64,000 bases of DNA from positions 20,150,001 to 20,214,000 of the forward strand of contig OX597841.1 in the NCBI GenBank assembly GCA_951406725.2. Direction: 5' to 3'. The notes beneath the pieces were generated by a model, which was not told the origin of the DNA, did not search any database, and worked only from the letters and a program-made list of their open reading frames with translations. This stretch comes from Octopus vulgaris. Lineage: Eukaryota. This document shows, piece after piece, positions 62,505 to 64,000 of this stretch; the first letter of the stretch is position 1; each line of letters starts with the position of its first letter. The translations under genes and the position numbers were made by a program.

Positions 62505-62950
62505 TCCCCCACCCCATTTTCTCGCAAATGATTAAAAAAAAAAATTTTTTTTTTTCCAAAAACCCACGTTTTCGGATACGGAGATTGCCAAAAATTAGAA
62601 TTAAAAAGTTTTTTGCCCCCACCCCCAATACTTCATTTTTCATTTTTTTCCGTAAACCTTAACCCTAACCTTAACCTTAACCCCCTAATCCTAACCTTAG
62701 CCCTAAGTCGAAAAGTTTTTGGAAATTTTTTCAGAATCCTAATCTCCGTATTTTCCCGGATAGTTTGAAAAAAAAAAAAAATTGTGAAAAAACTTGAAAA
62801 TGAAGAATTTAGTGGGGAGGGTAATTTAAAAATGCCGATTTTTGCCAATTTTGTTGCAGATTCGTATTCTCCGTAGCCGAAAACGGGGGTTTGTGTAAAA
62901 TTTAAAAAATTAAATAAAAAAGGGGTGTTTTTTTGGGGGGGTGGGGGTAT
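62505..62950. mobile_element. MITE-like element with internal telomere-like tract
   Basis: aaacccacgttttcggatacggaga / tctccgtagccgaaaacgggggttt inverted arms; degenerate (CCCTAA/CCTTAA)n at about 62653-62707. Confidence 0.6.
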
Positions 62951-63429
62951 AAAAGGAAGTCAAAAATTTTGAGGATTATTCGATTAAATCAACCATGCTT
63001 TATTTTATCGATCCTAAATGGGTGACAAACAAAATTGACTTCAGCGGGATTTGAACTCGCAATATAAAGAGCAGCAGCTAAACACGACGAGCTATTTGGT
63101 GGGAAGAGCTTCAGTTAATTATACCGACCTCAATACTTGATAGATACTTTAATCTATCGGCTCTGAAACGATATATGGCAAAGTTGACCTCGGCGGGATT
63201 TGAACTCGGAACGTATAGAGCGAGAACAAATACCACTCTTACAATAAATAAATAATATTCGCTTCTATTACAGAGATTACATTATTTTATTGACCGTGAA
63301 AGAATGAAAATCTCGGTGGGGATTTGAACTAAGAACGTTAAGCCAGAAGAAATCGTTTCGTCCAGCGCGCTAACCACTCCACCAACTCACCCCTCAATAA
63401 ATAAATAAATAAATAAATAACAGTTTTTT

Positions 63430-64000
63430 CCCCTCGTTTCAAATATGGGAGGAGGAGGAGGAGGAGGAGGGGAGGAGGAAGGGAGAAGGAGGAAACGGGA
63501 AGAAGACGAGAAGACAAATGAAGAAACGAGAATAGACGAGAGTTTAACGAAGTCGAGCAAGCGGAAGTAGCAGCAGCCTTAATGGCACAGTGAAGTGAAG
63601 CATAAAGAGAGATGGTGGGAGAGAGAGGGGGAGGAGCCAAACTGATAAAATAGAAGGGGGGGGATCAAACAGATAAACTATATATAGAGAGAGAGGGAAA
63701 GCAAATACATAAAATATGTATAAAAAGAGAGGGGGAGAGAGAGAAGCAGAGCTGGAGTAGACTTGTTTTATATATAGGACAGTGAGTAAGAGGGAGAGAG
63801 AGACATAGGAGTAAGAGAGGGGGAGCATCATTAAGGTTTATGGCACACTGAAGACTTGACGAAAACTTACATAGAAATATAAATATATAAATATATATAT
63901 GTAGAAGGAAAGATAGAGAAATCAAACCGAAAAAAAAACAGAGAAAGACAGACAGAAGCAGAGCTGGAAGTGCCTTGTTGAGAGAGAGAGAGAGAGAGAT
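63430..64000. repeat. GA/GGA-rich low-complexity region
   Basis: (GGA)n and (GA)n tracts; no credible ORF. Confidence 0.7.

Overview
AT-rich, microsatellite- and transposon-dense animal genomic DNA; the SINE, RTE and Penelope-type repeats suggest an octopus-type cephalopod (inference). One host gene is present: the 3' 14 coding exons of ANAPC7 (anaphase-promoting complex subunit 7, TPR protein) on the + strand, 25..41803. All junctions are GT-AG and phase-compatible, giving 474 aa plus stop; the N-terminus lies upstream of the window. Introns and the downstream region contain RTE and CR1-group LINE fragments, tRNA-derived SINEs, Helitrons, Tc1/mariner and piggyBac-type remnants, two tandem arrays (about 26 bp and 58 bp units), and a structurally complete Gypsy-type LTR retrotransposon with a disabled pol (53770..57974, - strand, TSD TTATA). 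Best leads: (1) the Gypsy element has no canonical TGG primer-binding site; the 12 nt abutting its 5' LTR are exactly complementary to the 5' end of tRNA-Phe, implying priming by a 5' tRNA fragment. (2) Several unrelated small elements carry type I hammerhead ribozyme motifs, often in foldback structures, including a tRNA-headed head-to-head element with a 13-bp TSD. Almost all supplied short ORFs are repeat or microsatellite noise.
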